DNA of 64,000 nucleotides. Source: an uncultured delta proteobacterium (GTDB taxonomy: Bacteria > Desulfobacterota > Binatia > UBA9968). Made by a program: the position numbers and the translations under genes. Below the pieces are notes generated by a model. That model did no database searches, had not been told where the DNA came from, and saw only the letters and a program-made list of their open reading frames with translations. Below, in pieces: positions 28,515 to 39,124 of this stretch (the first letter of the stretch is position 1; each line of letters starts with the position of its first letter). The DNA is taken from assembly GCA_963760795.1 (NCBI GenBank), contig CAVXEP010000029.1, positions 352,001 to 416,000 on the forward strand. Reading direction: 5' to 3'.

Positions 28515-29984
28515 TTACCGTTTACGCTCTCTTAGGGTTTTCATCTCTTCTTTAATCACCTGTCCGCGCGGCGAGCTTTCGCCGACGATCTTGAGCGCTC
28601 GTTCGAAGTCGGCGAGCGCTCGCTCGTCTTCATCCTGAAGTAACTGTGCACGGCCCAGATAGTAATAACCATCCCCGAGCCGGTCGAGCTTGCCGTAGAC
28701 CTGACCCAAGCGAAATACCGGTTTGTCCCACAATGGCGCTAGGTTTTGGGCATTCAGATAGGCTCCGGCAGCGCTCCGCAAGTCGCCGGTTTTTTCGAGA
28801 AACTCCCCGAGATAATAGTAATTTAGCGGTTCGTTGGGTTCGAGCACGATGGCCCGGTCGAAGGCTTTGCGGGCCGATGCAAAATCGCCGGTTTGACTCG
28901 ACAGCCGGCCGATTTCGCGAAGCAAACCAATATGGTCGGGCCGCAGCCGCCATGATTTCTCGTAGTTTTTCTGCGCTGCTGAGAACAAGCCCATTTGGAA
29001 CTGAGCGAAGCCGAGCAGGTGCAGCAGCTCGGCGTTATCGGGATCCTTTTGCACCAACTTCTCATACTCAGCGACGACCGCTTCGCGATTGGTGCGCTCC
29101 ATACGGATCAGAATCTGAACTTTCTTTAAGGTTTCGTTGTCTTCCTGCCGCGGACTAATGGGGCCGAGGGATTTGACGACCAACTCAGCATTGGCGACCC
29201 GTTCCTGAGTGAGTGGATGGCTCAATATATAAGCCGGAACATCGATCGGGTTGAGCGCGCGCTCCTGTTCCATGGTTTTAAGAAACGCCAGCGTGCCACG
29301 CGGGTCGAAGCCGGCGGCGGCCATATAACGGGTCCCTAAAGTATCGGATTCCATCTCCAGTTGACGGCTGTAGGCGGCTTGGCGGGTGGCGGCGACCGCT
29401 TGCCCGACGATACCCGCGGCCTGTCCGCCCGAGCCACTGCGCGCCAACAACACGGTGGCGAGCAAGCTCAATACCGATATCGCGTCCGGTCCCGATGAAC
29501 GTGCCATATGACGACCTTTGATATGGACGATTTCATGGCCGAGCACGCCGGCGAGTTCGTCGGTGGACTTCGCCCGTTCGATGAGACCGGTGAAGAGATA
29601 GATCGATCCGCCGGGGACGGCAAAAGCGTTTAGCTGCTGGTCTTCGACGACAAAAAATCGATAGTCGAATGAGAGCGGACCGGTGGCGCTGAGAATTCGC
29701 CGGGCGATGCGATCGACATAGCGTTCAACTTCCGGCTGATTGAGAAACTTGAAATACTTTTTGGCCTCGCGGCGAAACTCGCGGCTGATTCTGACTTCTT
29801 CGTCTTCGGCGGGCGGACTGACTGAGGGCATCAGGGGCGCCACCGAGCGGCAGCCCGAGCCGAGCATGGCGATCAAAAATAGCGATACGCAGCATGCAGG
29901 CCACCGGCGAAGGTGGCGCGGTGTTGTCATCATCGGAGTATAGAGAGCGGGTTGCATCGGTTCAAGGTTCAACCCGGATTGCAT
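28515..29984 (-). CDS. M48 family metalloprotease with TPR repeats (BepA/YfgC-like lipoprotein)
   Basis: NAFAVPGG, ELAGVLGHEIVH, YSRQLEMESD, SHP and TPR repeats; lipobox GSGC. Confidence 0.92.
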   Translation of the reverse strand: MQSGLNLEPMQPALYTPMMTTPRHLRRWPACCVSLFLIAMLGSGCRSVAPLMPSVSPPAEDEEVRISREFRREAKKYFKFLNQPEVERYVDRIARRILSATGPLSFDYRFFVVEDQQLNAFAVPGGSIYLFTGLIERAKSTDELAGVLGHEIVHIKGRHMARSSGPDAISVLSLLATVLLARSGSGGQAAGIVGQAVAATRQAAYSRQLEMESDTLGTRYMAAAGFDPRGTLAFLKTMEQERALNPIDVPAYILSHPLTQERVANAELVVKSLGPISPRQEDNETLKKVQILIRMERTNREAVVAEYEKLVQKDPDNAELLHLLGFAQFQMGLFSAAQKNYEKSWRLRPDHIGLLREIGRLSSQTGDFASARKAFDRAIVLEPNEPLNYYYLGEFLEKTGDLRSAAGAYLNAQNLAPLWDKPVFRLGQVYGKLDRLGDGYYYLGRAQLLQDEDERALADFERALKIVGESSPRGQVIKEEMKTLRERKR

Positions 29985-30147
29985 AGTCGGGAGGTAGCCG
30001 CGCGGCCAAGCACAAGTCCGCCGCGGTCAAACCGCTGGTCCTCTGCTCTTTCAATATCGTCGATCCTATCGTTGGCGTGGCGGTGGTTGACGACCTCTGT
30101 GCAAGTCCTTATTCTCGTTCATCGATAAACCATCCTGAGGAGCTGCG

Positions 30148-32593
30148 ATGACCAACCGCTTCGAGATAGCTGCCGATAAACTCACCTGGCGCTGTGAATT
30201 GACCCAGCTGCCTTTTACTTGCACGGCGGAAATGACGCCGCTGGAAGATTTTATCGGCCAGGATCGCGCCATTCGGGCGATCGAGTTCGGCCTAGGCGTC
30301 AACAAACCGGGCTTTAATATTTTCGTCACCGGACTGACCGGTACGGGCAAAACCAGCATCATCAAGGCGTTTCTCAAGAAAGTTAACGGTGCGATAGCGG
30401 CGCCGGCCGATGCGCCGACGCCCGAGGACTGGTGCTATGTTTACAACTTTGACGATCCCGACCGGCCCGCTGGCGTTGAAGCTCCGCCGTGGTGCTGGCA
30501 AAGCGCTCAAGAGCGACATGGAGCAATTAATACAAACTCTCCAGCGCGACGCGAAGAAACTCTTCGAGAGCGACGAGTTCGCGCACCAGCGCCAGGGGCT
30601 GATCGAACAGCTGCAAAAGAAACAGCAGGAGATGATGGAAGGTCTGATGGCGCAAGCCGGACAAGCCGGATTCGCCCTGCGCATGACGCCCTCCGGGGTC
30701 GTGCTACTGCCGACGAAAGACGGCAAGCCGATGCCGGAGGCGGACTATCTCGCGTTATCGCCAACCGAAAAAAAACAGTTGGAGGAGCGCCGCAGCGAAA
30801 TCGAGAAGCAAGTCGAAGATACCCTGCGCGACGGCAAGAAGCTCGAGCGCGAGATTGCCGCAAGACTGGAGACTATGGAGACCGAAGCCGGCGATTATTT
30901 GGTGCGCAATCCATTGACCGAGCTCAAACAAAAGTATCAGGACTATCCCAGGGTTGTGGCCTACCTCGACGGCGTGCGCGAACATATATTAAAAAATTTG
31001 CAGCGCTTCAAAGGCGAGGCGGCGGCGCCGGCCGGTCCCATGGGCGCGATGGCCTACGGCGAACCGCCGGGAGATCCATTTCTACCGTACCGGATCAATG
31101 TTTTCGTCGACAACGGCGATACGCAGGGGGCGCCGATCATCGTCGAAACCAACCCGACTTATCACAATCTTTTCGGCGTCATCGAGAAAAAACCGATCAT
31201 GGGCGGTTACACCACTGACTTTACGCTGATCAAAGCCGGTTCCATCAGTAAAGCTAACGGCGGCTATCTGGTGCTTTACGATCGCGAAGTGCTCGCCAAT
31301 TCCGGCTGCTGGGAAGCGCTGCAACGGGTCATTAAGAATCGCGAGTTGCGCATCGAGGAGCCGGGCGCCTTCTTTGGCTTCGTGCCGCCCCAGGGGCTGC
31401 GGCCGGAACCGATCCCCACCGATACTAAAGTGATCATGATCGGCGATCCTTCTCTCTATCGCATCCTGGCGACCGCTGATCCCGACTTCCGTGAGACGTT
31501 CAAGGTAAAAGCCGATTTCAATTTTGAAGTCGACCGCACCCAGGAAAATATCACGGCGTTCGCCTGTTTCATCAGCGACTATTGCAAACGGGAAGAGATC
31601 CGCCACTTCGATGCCGGCGGTGTTGCCAGGGTGATCGAGCAGTGCGCGCGCCAGGTCGAGGACCAGAATAAACTATCGACCCGCTTCAGCGACATGGTCG
31701 ATCTTTTGATCGAGTCCGATTACTGGGCGGGCAAGGAGAAGGCCGAACTGGTTTCCGGCAAGCATGTCGAGCGCGCCCTGGTGGAAAAAACCTTTCGCCT
31801 CAACTTGGTCGAGAAGCGCCTGCAAGAGCTGATCGCCGAAGGCACGGTGCTGGTGGCTGTCACCGGCGCGGCGGTCGGTCAGGTCAACGGCTTAGCGGTG
31901 TATCAGATGGGCGACTTTAGTTTTGGCAAGCCGTCGCGGATCACGACAAAGACTTTCATGGGCCGCAGCGGCATCGTCAACATCGAGCGCGAGGCGAAGA
32001 TGAGCGGCAGGAGTCATGACAAGGGCGTGCTGATTCTCGGCGGCTATTTGGGCGGCAAGTATGCCCAGCAAAGTCCGCTATCGCTCTCCAGCACGATTTG
32101 TTTCGAGCAGTCTTACGATGGCGTCGACGGCGACAGTGCGTCGTCCACTGAACTCTATGCGATCCTTTCGAGTCTTGCCGAAATGCCGATTCAGCAGGGT
32201 ATCGCTGTCACGGGTTCAGTAAATCAAAACGGCGAGGTGCAAGCGATCGGCGGCGTCAATTTCAAGATCGAAGGCCACTTCGATGTCTGCCGCTTGAAAG
32301 GACTGACCGGCGAACAGGGCGCGATGATCCCCCAGGCCAACGTGCACAATCTGATGCTCCGTGCCGACGTCGTCGAGGCGGTCAAAGCCGGCAAGTTTCA
32401 TATTTACTCTGTAAGTAGCATTGATGAAGGCATCGAAGTGCTCACCGGCGTCGCCGCCGGCGCGCGCCAAGCCGACGGCAGTTATCCTGACGGTACGATC
32501 AACGACCGGGTACAAAAGAAATTGCAGCAGTTCACCGAGCTGCAAAAAAAATTAACCGCGGGAAACCAAGAGCCGGCGGCGGCGAACAATTGA
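30148..32593 (+). CDS. Lon-like ATP-dependent protease (S16, LonC/YcbZ type) with a +1 frameshift at about 30469
   Basis: IGQDRA, TGLTGTGKT and DWCYVYNF in one frame continue in the 30410 frame with GQVNGLAV, DGDSAS (Ser) and GGVNFKIEG (Lys). Confidence 0.9.
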
Positions 32594-32644
32594 AGCCGCT
32601 CTGAGATGGTTGAACTGCCTCAGCGTCCGTTGCCATGAACATTT

Positions 32645-32712
32645 GTCATGCCGGCGAAAGCCGGCATCCATCCCATCCGCCAAACCTGGACACCGTTTTT
32701 TAACGGTATAAC
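32645..32712. repeat. REP-like palindrome pair (GTCA-type)
   Basis: GTCATGCCGGCGAAAGCCGGCATCCA plus a degenerate inverted partner CTGGACACCG...CGGTATAAC. Confidence 0.65.
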
Positions 32713-32787
32713 TGAATCACGAGAGGACTTCTAGTTGACAGCTCAGAGTCCCTCGGCGTGCAGCCGAGGATCGTTCAGCAGTCTGCG

Positions 32788-33849
32788 CTAACCTTCGCGC
32801 GGCTTGGCCGACTCGGGCTTGATACCGAGGGGTACGGTCAAGCGAATCGACTTGCCCTTGCGGAGTAGTGAAAGTTGCACCATGCGGCCGGCTTCCAGGC
32901 CGCCGACCATGCGAGTCACGTCACGCGGGCTGTCGACTTGAGTATCGTTGACCGCGAGGATGACATCCTGCTTTTGCACGCCCATCCGCGCCGCCGGTTG
33001 CCCCGGTAAAACCGAGCTCACCACCACGCCTTTGGCGGGATGGATTCCTAACGATCTCGCCTGGCCCAGAGTGATGTCCGACATCTGCACGCCAAGCCAG
33101 CCCCAGGCGAACTTCTCACCTTTGACCAAGCGGGGCAGAATTTTCTTGATTAAATTGATCGGCGTGGCGAAGCCGAGATTGCCGCGTTCGGAGGCCATGG
33201 TGACCATGCCGACGACATCGCCCTGGCTATTCAACAGTGGCCCGCCGCTGACGCCGGGATAGGCGCCGGCATCGGTTTGAACGAAATCGTAACCCGCAGA
33301 GTCGGGGTAGGTTCGCCCGGCGCGGCTGATGATGCCCAGGCTCATGGAACTCTCGCGGCCAAACGGGTAGCTGAAGACAATCGCCAAGTCGCCGACCTGA
33401 ATGCGCTCGGAATCGCCGAGGGACAGCACCGGCGCTGCCCGCTCGCTTTGAATCTTCAACAGCGCCAGATCGAGCTGACTGTCGGCGACGACCATTCGCG
33501 CCGCCAGACGCTGACCATCGGCGGTGCGGACTTCAATCTCCTTGGCCTTGTCGATGACATGCTGCGCCGTCAGGATGTAGCCGTCCGGATCGATGAAAAA
33601 GCCCGAGCCGCGGTTGCCTTGGGTTGGGCTATTGTCTGGACCGCTGACGCGAATCTGTACGATCGCCGGGCGGGAAATTTGCGCCAACCGGACAAAGGCG
33701 CGATTGAGCCGGTCGAGATCGCTCTCGCTAGTTGGCGGCTGTGCTTCGCGCCAGTTAACCAGTGATGATTTATCAATGTTTGTCTCTGCCCCCAGCGCGG
33801 CTGGAAAGCACAGCGAAGCGAGTAACAGCCCAATGATTAGATAGTGCAC
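32788..33849 (-). CDS. HtrA-like trypsin serine protease with one PDZ domain
   Basis: GSGFFI, LTAQHV, DLALLKI, VQTDA..PGVSGGPL and GWLGV-PDZ; signal peptide. Confidence 0.9.
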   Translation of the reverse strand: MHYLIIGLLLASLCFPAALGAETNIDKSSLVNWREAQPPTSESDLDRLNRAFVRLAQISRPAIVQIRVSGPDNSPTQGNRGSGFFIDPDGYILTAQHVIDKAKEIEVRTADGQRLAARMVVADSQLDLALLKIQSERAAPVLSLGDSERIQVGDLAIVFSYPFGRESSMSLGIISRAGRTYPDSAGYDFVQTDAGAYPGVSGGPLLNSQGDVVGMVTMASERGNLGFATPINLIKKILPRLVKGEKFAWGWLGVQMSDITLGQARSLGIHPAKGVVVSSVLPGQPAARMGVQKQDVILAVNDTQVDSPRDVTRMVGGLEAGRMVQLSLLRKGKSIRLTVPLGIKPESAKPREG

Positions 33850-33966
33850 GAATCCACCTCTCAGGGAGTCTGGCTGGCAGTCCCTTTATCGAAATCCTTC
33901 GGCGATCACAAGCGCCAAAGCGGTTGGTCTTGCGTTTCACGCCAGGGCATATGCTATGGTTCGAGC

Positions 33967-34746
33967 ATGAACGACCTCGCCGACAAAATCGTTCTGGTCA
34001 CCGGCGGCAGCGGCGGCATCGGTGCCGCCATCGCTGGGCAGTTCGCCACGCTGGGTTGCCGGGTAGCGATCGCAGCCCGCGATCACAAGAAACTTGCGAC
34101 AGCGGCAGAAAAAATTGCCGAGAATGGCGCACAAGTCCGCGCGATTGCCTGTGACGTGACGCGCCGCGAGGAGGTGCAGCGGCTGCGGATCGCGATTCAA
34201 GAACTGTGGGGCGACGTGCAGATCTTGGTCAACAACGCCGGCATCGCCAGCGCTGTCAGCTTTGCCGACATGTCCGATGAAACCTGGGACCGAACGTTGG
34301 ATACCAATCTGACCGGCGCTTACAATTGCTGTAAAGTATTTTTACCGGCGATGATCGACGCCAATTGGGGCCGCATCGTCAACATCGCTTCGACCACGGC
34401 CAAAGTCGGCTACAGCCATGTGACCGCCTACACCGCGTCGAAGCATGGGCTGCTCGGACTGACGCGGTCGTTAGCGCTGGAAACCGCGCGCCAGGGCGTG
34501 ACCGTGAATGCGATTTGTCCGGGCTATGTCGACGATGAACGCACCCGCGAGAACGCGCGCATCATGGCCGAGAAGACCGGCAAGAGCGACGACGATATTT
34601 TAAAAATCTTCGCCGCCAGCGCGCCGCAGAACCGTTTGATCGAAGCTGGGGAAGTCGCATCGTTGGCCAGTTTTATCGCCGCGCCGCAAATGAGCGGCAT
34701 GACCGGGCAGGCGATCAATGTCGACGGCGGCGCGGTGATGGCGTGA
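33967..34746 (+). CDS. Short-chain dehydrogenase/reductase (3-hydroxyacyl-CoA/3-hydroxybutyrate dehydrogenase-like)
   Basis: TGGSGGIG, NNAG, YTASKHG and NAICPG; start at MNDLADK. Confidence 0.92.
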   Translation: MNDLADKIVLVTGGSGGIGAAIAGQFATLGCRVAIAARDHKKLATAAEKIAENGAQVRAIACDVTRREEVQRLRIAIQELWGDVQILVNNAGIASAVSFADMSDETWDRTLDTNLTGAYNCCKVFLPAMIDANWGRIVNIASTTAKVGYSHVTAYTASKHGLLGLTRSLALETARQGVTVNAICPGYVDDERTRENARIMAEKTGKSDDDILKIFAASAPQNRLIEAGEVASLASFIAAPQMSGMTGQAINVDGGAVMA

Positions 34747-34773
34747 GAAAGAATTGATATTTGAGAAAAGCCA

Positions 34774-35568
34774 ATGGTTTACAATTCGTTCTTGTTTGAC
34801 GTCGCCGACCATATCGCGACGATACGTTTGAATGATCCTGAGCGGTTGAACGCTTTGACCTTCGAGACCTATGCGGAGCTAGCGCGGGTGTTCGCGGCGA
34901 TGGAGGCGGACAGCGGCATCAAAGTCGTCGTGCTCACGGGTGCCGGCAACGGATTCTGCTCCGGCGGCAGTGTTCATGGAATTATCGCGAAGTTGCTGGA
35001 AATGTCCGCCGACGAGCAACTGCGCTTTACCACGCTGACCTGCGCGGTCGTGAAGAACATGCGGGCGCTCAATAAACCTATTGTCGCCGCGGTGAACGGT
35101 ATCGCCGCCGGCGCCGGCACGATTCTCGCCTTGGCGAGCGATATCCGTTTGTTGTCCGAGCGCGCCAGGTTCGCTTTTCTCTTTACCAAGGTCGGTTTGT
35201 CCGGCGCGGACATGGGCGCGTGCTATTTGTTGCCGCGGATAGTCGGCCCCGGCCGCGCGGCGGAATTGCTTTTCACCGGCGACACCATCGATGCCCAGGA
35301 ATGTCTGCGCATTGGCTTAGCCAACCGGGTGATCGCCCATGATAAATTGCTGTACGAAACCTACGACTTGGCGCGACGGTTGAAAGACGGTCCGCTCAAG
35401 GCCATCGGCGTCACCAAAGCGCTCCTCGACCGTGAGGCCGATATGGATCTGGCAAAAGCATTAGATTTGGAGGCGCGCGAACAAGCGCGACTGATGCAAA
35501 CGCCAGACTTCAAAGAAGGCTATTGGGCCTTTATCGAGAAACGGCCGGCGAAGTTCAATCAATCCTAG
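34774..35568 (+). CDS. Enoyl-CoA hydratase/isomerase family protein
   Basis: FCSGG, KPIVAAVNGIAAGAG and FLFTKVGLSGADMG motifs. Confidence 0.92.
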   Translation: MVYNSFLFDVADHIATIRLNDPERLNALTFETYAELARVFAAMEADSGIKVVVLTGAGNGFCSGGSVHGIIAKLLEMSADEQLRFTTLTCAVVKNMRALNKPIVAAVNGIAAGAGTILALASDIRLLSERARFAFLFTKVGLSGADMGACYLLPRIVGPGRAAELLFTGDTIDAQECLRIGLANRVIAHDKLLYETYDLARRLKDGPLKAIGVTKALLDREADMDLAKALDLEAREQARLMQTPDFKEGYWAFIEKRPAKFNQS

Positions 35569-35581
35569 ATCGATTTTCTCA

Positions 35582-36718
35582 ATGTTGCCGTTCTTCACTC
35601 AAGATCATGCCACATTGCAGGCGCAAGCTCGCTTGTGGGCGGAAGAGAATCTTTTCGCCGGCCATGGCAGCGAAGATCTAGAGCGGTACGCCAGGACATT
35701 GGTTAAGCAACTGGGCGCGGCGGGCTTTCTCAAGCATGCCGTGTCGAAGCAGTTCGGCGGCGTTCGTGAGCAAGTCGAAGCGCGCGATCTTTGCATCCTG
35801 CGCGAAGAGCTGGCGCGCGGCGATGCGCTCGCCGATACTATGTTCGCGTTGCAGGCGCTGGGCAGCTATCCGATTACGCTGGCGGGAAACGCCGCACAAA
35901 AACAAAATTATCTGTCGCAGGTTGCCAGCGGCGACGCGATTGCTGCCTTCGCGATTACCGAGCCGGAGGCGGGTTCCGACATCGCTTCGTTACAAACGAC
36001 CGCGCTGCGCCAGGGCGAACAGTTCGCATTGAACGGCACCAAGCGATTTATTTCCAACGCCGGCATCGCAGACTTCTACGTTGTCTTCGCGTCGACTGAG
36101 CCGGAGAAGAAAGCAAAAGGCGTGAGCGCTTTCATCGTCGACGCGACCACGCCAGGCTTGGCGGTGACGGAGAAGACTCAACTGCTGTCGCCGCATCCGA
36201 TCGGTGTGCTCAAATTCACCGGCTGCATTGTACTGCAAGGCGCATTGCTCGGCGCTGAGGGCGACGGCCTGAAGATCGCCTTGGAAACGCTCGATCTTTT
36301 ACGCTGCAGCGTTGGCGCGGCCGCCGTCGGGTTTGCCCAACGGGCTTTGGATGAAGCGATTCGTTACGGCAAGACGCGCCGGCAGTTTGGCCGGGCCATA
36401 GCCGAGTTCCAGGGGATTGAATTCAAGCTCGCTGAAATGGCCACGGAGCTCGAAGCTGCGCGGCTATTGGTTTACCAAGCAGCTTGGGCGCATGACTGCG
36501 GCAATGCGGATGCCAAACAGAAATCGTCGATGGCGAAACTCTACGCCACCGAAGCGGCGCAACGCATTGTCGATCAAGCATTACAGATTCACGGCGGCAA
36601 CGGTTTGATCGCCGGCAGCATCATGGAGCGGCTCTACCGCGACGTGCGCGCACTGCGGATTTACGAAGGCACGTCCGAAATTCAGAAAATCGTCGTCGCC
36701 CGGGGATTGCTGAAATAG
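35582..36718 (+). CDS. Acyl-CoA dehydrogenase
   Basis: AFAITEPEAGSD, LNGTKRFISN, R.QFG, QIHGG and RIYEGTSEIQ motifs. Confidence 0.94.
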   Translation: MLPFFTQDHATLQAQARLWAEENLFAGHGSEDLERYARTLVKQLGAAGFLKHAVSKQFGGVREQVEARDLCILREELARGDALADTMFALQALGSYPITLAGNAAQKQNYLSQVASGDAIAAFAITEPEAGSDIASLQTTALRQGEQFALNGTKRFISNAGIADFYVVFASTEPEKKAKGVSAFIVDATTPGLAVTEKTQLLSPHPIGVLKFTGCIVLQGALLGAEGDGLKIALETLDLLRCSVGAAAVGFAQRALDEAIRYGKTRRQFGRAIAEFQGIEFKLAEMATELEAARLLVYQAAWAHDCGNADAKQKSSMAKLYATEAAQRIVDQALQIHGGNGLIAGSIMERLYRDVRALRIYEGTSEIQKIVVARGLLK

Positions 36719-36793
36719 GCTCAGCCGAAGGCTGATCAGCCGTCGGACAGAGGTCGGAAGTCAGAGGTCAGTAAAAACACAGGAGCGACACCC

Positions 36794-37783
36794 ATGACGA
36801 AAAAAATTCTTATCTGGCTGCTGGTAATTTTCTTTGTTGCAAATGTTTCCGTCGCTCAGGCGCAGCAGCCAGGGAAAATCCCCCGGATAGGATTTCTAAG
36901 TGCGAGGTGCGCCTTCCGCTCAATGCGGCCCGCATCGAGGCATTTCGGCAGGGACTGCGCGAGCTTGGGTACGTCGAGGGGAAGAACATTGTCATTGAGT
37001 GCGCGATCTGCTGAGGGAAAACTCGATCGCCTCCCCGCGCTCGCGGCCGAGCTAGTGCGTCTCAAGGTAGACATCATCGTCACGGGTGGTCCGTCAGCAA
37101 CCCGTCCCGCCAAGGAAGCAACTACAACGATTCCCATTGTCATGACGGGCGATGGCGATCCTGTTGGCAGCGGCTTCGTCGCCAGCCTGGCGCGACCTGG
37201 CGGAAACATCACGGGATTGTCAACTCTCGCCCCGGAGCTAAGCGGAAAACGACTAGAGCTTTTGAAGGAGATCATTCCCGCGCTCTCCCGTGTGGCCGTC
37301 CTCGGGACATCGACGCAGCCGGGCAACGCACAATCGTTAAAAGAGATCGAACTCGCCGCAGAGGCGTTTGGAGTGAAGCTTCAATACCTAGACGTACTAA
37401 GTCCCAAGGATATTGAGACCGCATTCCGAGCTGCGAGCAAGGGGCGGGCTGACGCAGTCTCGTCTTGGCGAGTACCGTCATGCTCAATTCTCAGCGAAAA
37501 CGGATTGTCAGAACTCGCGGTAAAGAGCCGGCTCCCGGCGATGTACGGCTCGCCAGAATTTGTCGAAGACGGAGGGCTTATGAGCTACGGCGTGAGCCGA
37601 ACCGACTTGGACCGGCGCGCCGCTACCTACGTGGACAAGATTTTGAAAGGCAGGACACCCGCAGACCTTCCCGTCGAGCAGCCGACCAAGTTCGAGTTCA
37701 TCGTCAATCTGAAAGCCGCCAAGCAGATCGGCCTGACGATTCCGCCGAATGTGCTGGTGCGGGCGGATCGGGTGATTCGATGA
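36794..37783 (+). CDS. ABC transporter substrate-binding protein (ABC_sub_bind type) with internal compensating frameshifts
   Basis: DPVGSGFVASLARPGGNITG and YVDKILKG..PADLPVEQPTKFE; the family segment AARIEAFRQGLRELGYVEGKNIVIE is in another frame at about 36920-37000. Confidence 0.85.
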   Translation: MTKKILIWLLVIFFVANVSVAQAQQPGKIPRIGFLSARCAFRSMRPASRHFGRDCASLGTSRGRTLSLSARSAEGKLDRLPALAAELVRLKVDIIVTGGPSATRPAKEATTTIPIVMTGDGDPVGSGFVASLARPGGNITGLSTLAPELSGKRLELLKEIIPALSRVAVLGTSTQPGNAQSLKEIELAAEAFGVKLQYLDVLSPKDIETAFRAASKGRADAVSSWRVPSCSILSENGLSELAVKSRLPAMYGSPEFVEDGGLMSYGVSRTDLDRRAATYVDKILKGRTPADLPVEQPTKFEFIVNLKAAKQIGLTIPPNVLVRADRVIR

Positions 37784-37809
37784 AGAAGGCAGCAGGCGTC
37801 AAGGCAATG

Positions 37810-37868
37810 GTAGGGGCGGACCTATGTGTCCGCCCGTTCGGAGGGCCGACACGCAGGTCGGCCCCTAC
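37810..37868. repeat. GTAG-family REP doublet (REPIN-like)
   Basis: GTAGGGGCGGACCTATGTGTCCGCCC-spacer-GGGCCGACACGCAGGTCGGCCCCTAC in inverted orientation. Confidence 0.85.
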
Positions 37869-37970
37869 ACGGTCCGACAATCGATACGCGGCGCAGCAGG
37901 CCAAAATGGAATAGTGGGCGGATAAAGTGATCAATAAACTGGCACTATGCCCAGTTGAGGAGAAGGAACG

Positions 37971-39122
37971 ATGGATTTTGATTTGTCAGACGAGTTGATC
38001 GCCGTGCGCGAATTGGCGCGGGAGTTTGCCGAGAAGGAAATTGCACCGACCGCGGCAAAGGATGACAAGGAAAAAACTTTTCGCGGCGATCTGGTGCGCA
38101 AGATGGGCGAGCTCGGCTTCTACGGCACGATGATTCCGGAAAACTATGGCGGCAACGGCTTGGGATTTCTCGCTATGGTGTTGATCACCGAGGAGATCGC
38201 CAGGGTGCACAGCGCCATGCGCGTCGGCATCAACATGCAGATCGGTCCGGCACTGACTTTGCTGCAATTCGGCACGGAAGAGCAGAAACGGAAATTCATT
38301 CCCGGTTTGATGTCGGGTGAAACCATCGGTTGCTTTGCCATCACCGAATCCGACGCCGGCTCGGATGTCGCGGCGATGCGCACGACGGCGACGAAAAACG
38401 GCGATCGCTATTTACTCAACGGCGGCAAGCTGTGGATCTCCAACGGTCCGGTGACCAACGGCGGGCTGGTTTACGCCTACACCGACCGGGCGCAGAAACA
38501 TCGCGGCATGAGTGCATTCTTTGCCGAGTGGAATCAACCCGGATTGACCCGCCGCACGCTGGAAACCATGGGCGCCCATTGTTCGCCGCTGGGCGAACTG
38601 ACCTTCGAAAATTTTCCGATTCCCGTGGCCAACCTTTTGGGCAACGAGGGCGACGGATTCAAAATCTGCATGTGGCAGTTGAATCAAACCCGGCTCAACT
38701 GCGCCGCCGGCGCGTTAGGCGTTGCCCGCGCCGCGAAAGAGGCGGCGCTGAATTATTGCAACCAGCGCGCCCAGTTCGGCCAGAAGATCGGCGAGTTTCA
38801 GATGAATCAAGACTTGATTGCGCAGATGATCGCCCACGAAGAGGCTGCGCGATTGCTGGTTTACCGAGCAGCGTGGCTGGCGGATCAAAAGAAGCCGAAC
38901 AACTTGGAAACCTCCATTGGCAAGTATTGCGCCGCCGAAGCCGCCAACTTCGCTGCCGACGCTGCGATGAAAATCCTCGGCGCCTACGGCTATTCAACGG
39001 AATTTCCCGTCGAGCGCTACTACCGCGACGCCAAGTCGTACCAGATCGTCGAAGGTTCCTCGAACGTGCAGAAGATGATCATCGCCCAGGATGCGTTGGG
39101 ATATCGCAAGGCGAACCGTTGA
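37971..39122 (+). CDS. acd: Acyl-CoA dehydrogenase, glutaryl-CoA dehydrogenase (non-decarboxylating)-like
   Basis: ACAD motifs plus FQMNQD.IAQM, ILGAYGYSTE.PV and C-terminal LG.RKANR, recalled as features of the deltaproteobacterial Acd. Confidence 0.8.
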   Translation: MDFDLSDELIAVRELAREFAEKEIAPTAAKDDKEKTFRGDLVRKMGELGFYGTMIPENYGGNGLGFLAMVLITEEIARVHSAMRVGINMQIGPALTLLQFGTEEQKRKFIPGLMSGETIGCFAITESDAGSDVAAMRTTATKNGDRYLLNGGKLWISNGPVTNGGLVYAYTDRAQKHRGMSAFFAEWNQPGLTRRTLETMGAHCSPLGELTFENFPIPVANLLGNEGDGFKICMWQLNQTRLNCAAGALGVARAAKEAALNYCNQRAQFGQKIGEFQMNQDLIAQMIAHEEAARLLVYRAAWLADQKKPNNLETSIGKYCAAEAANFAADAAMKILGAYGYSTEFPVERYYRDAKSYQIVEGSSNVQKMIIAQDALGYRKANR

Positions 39123-39124
39123 TC

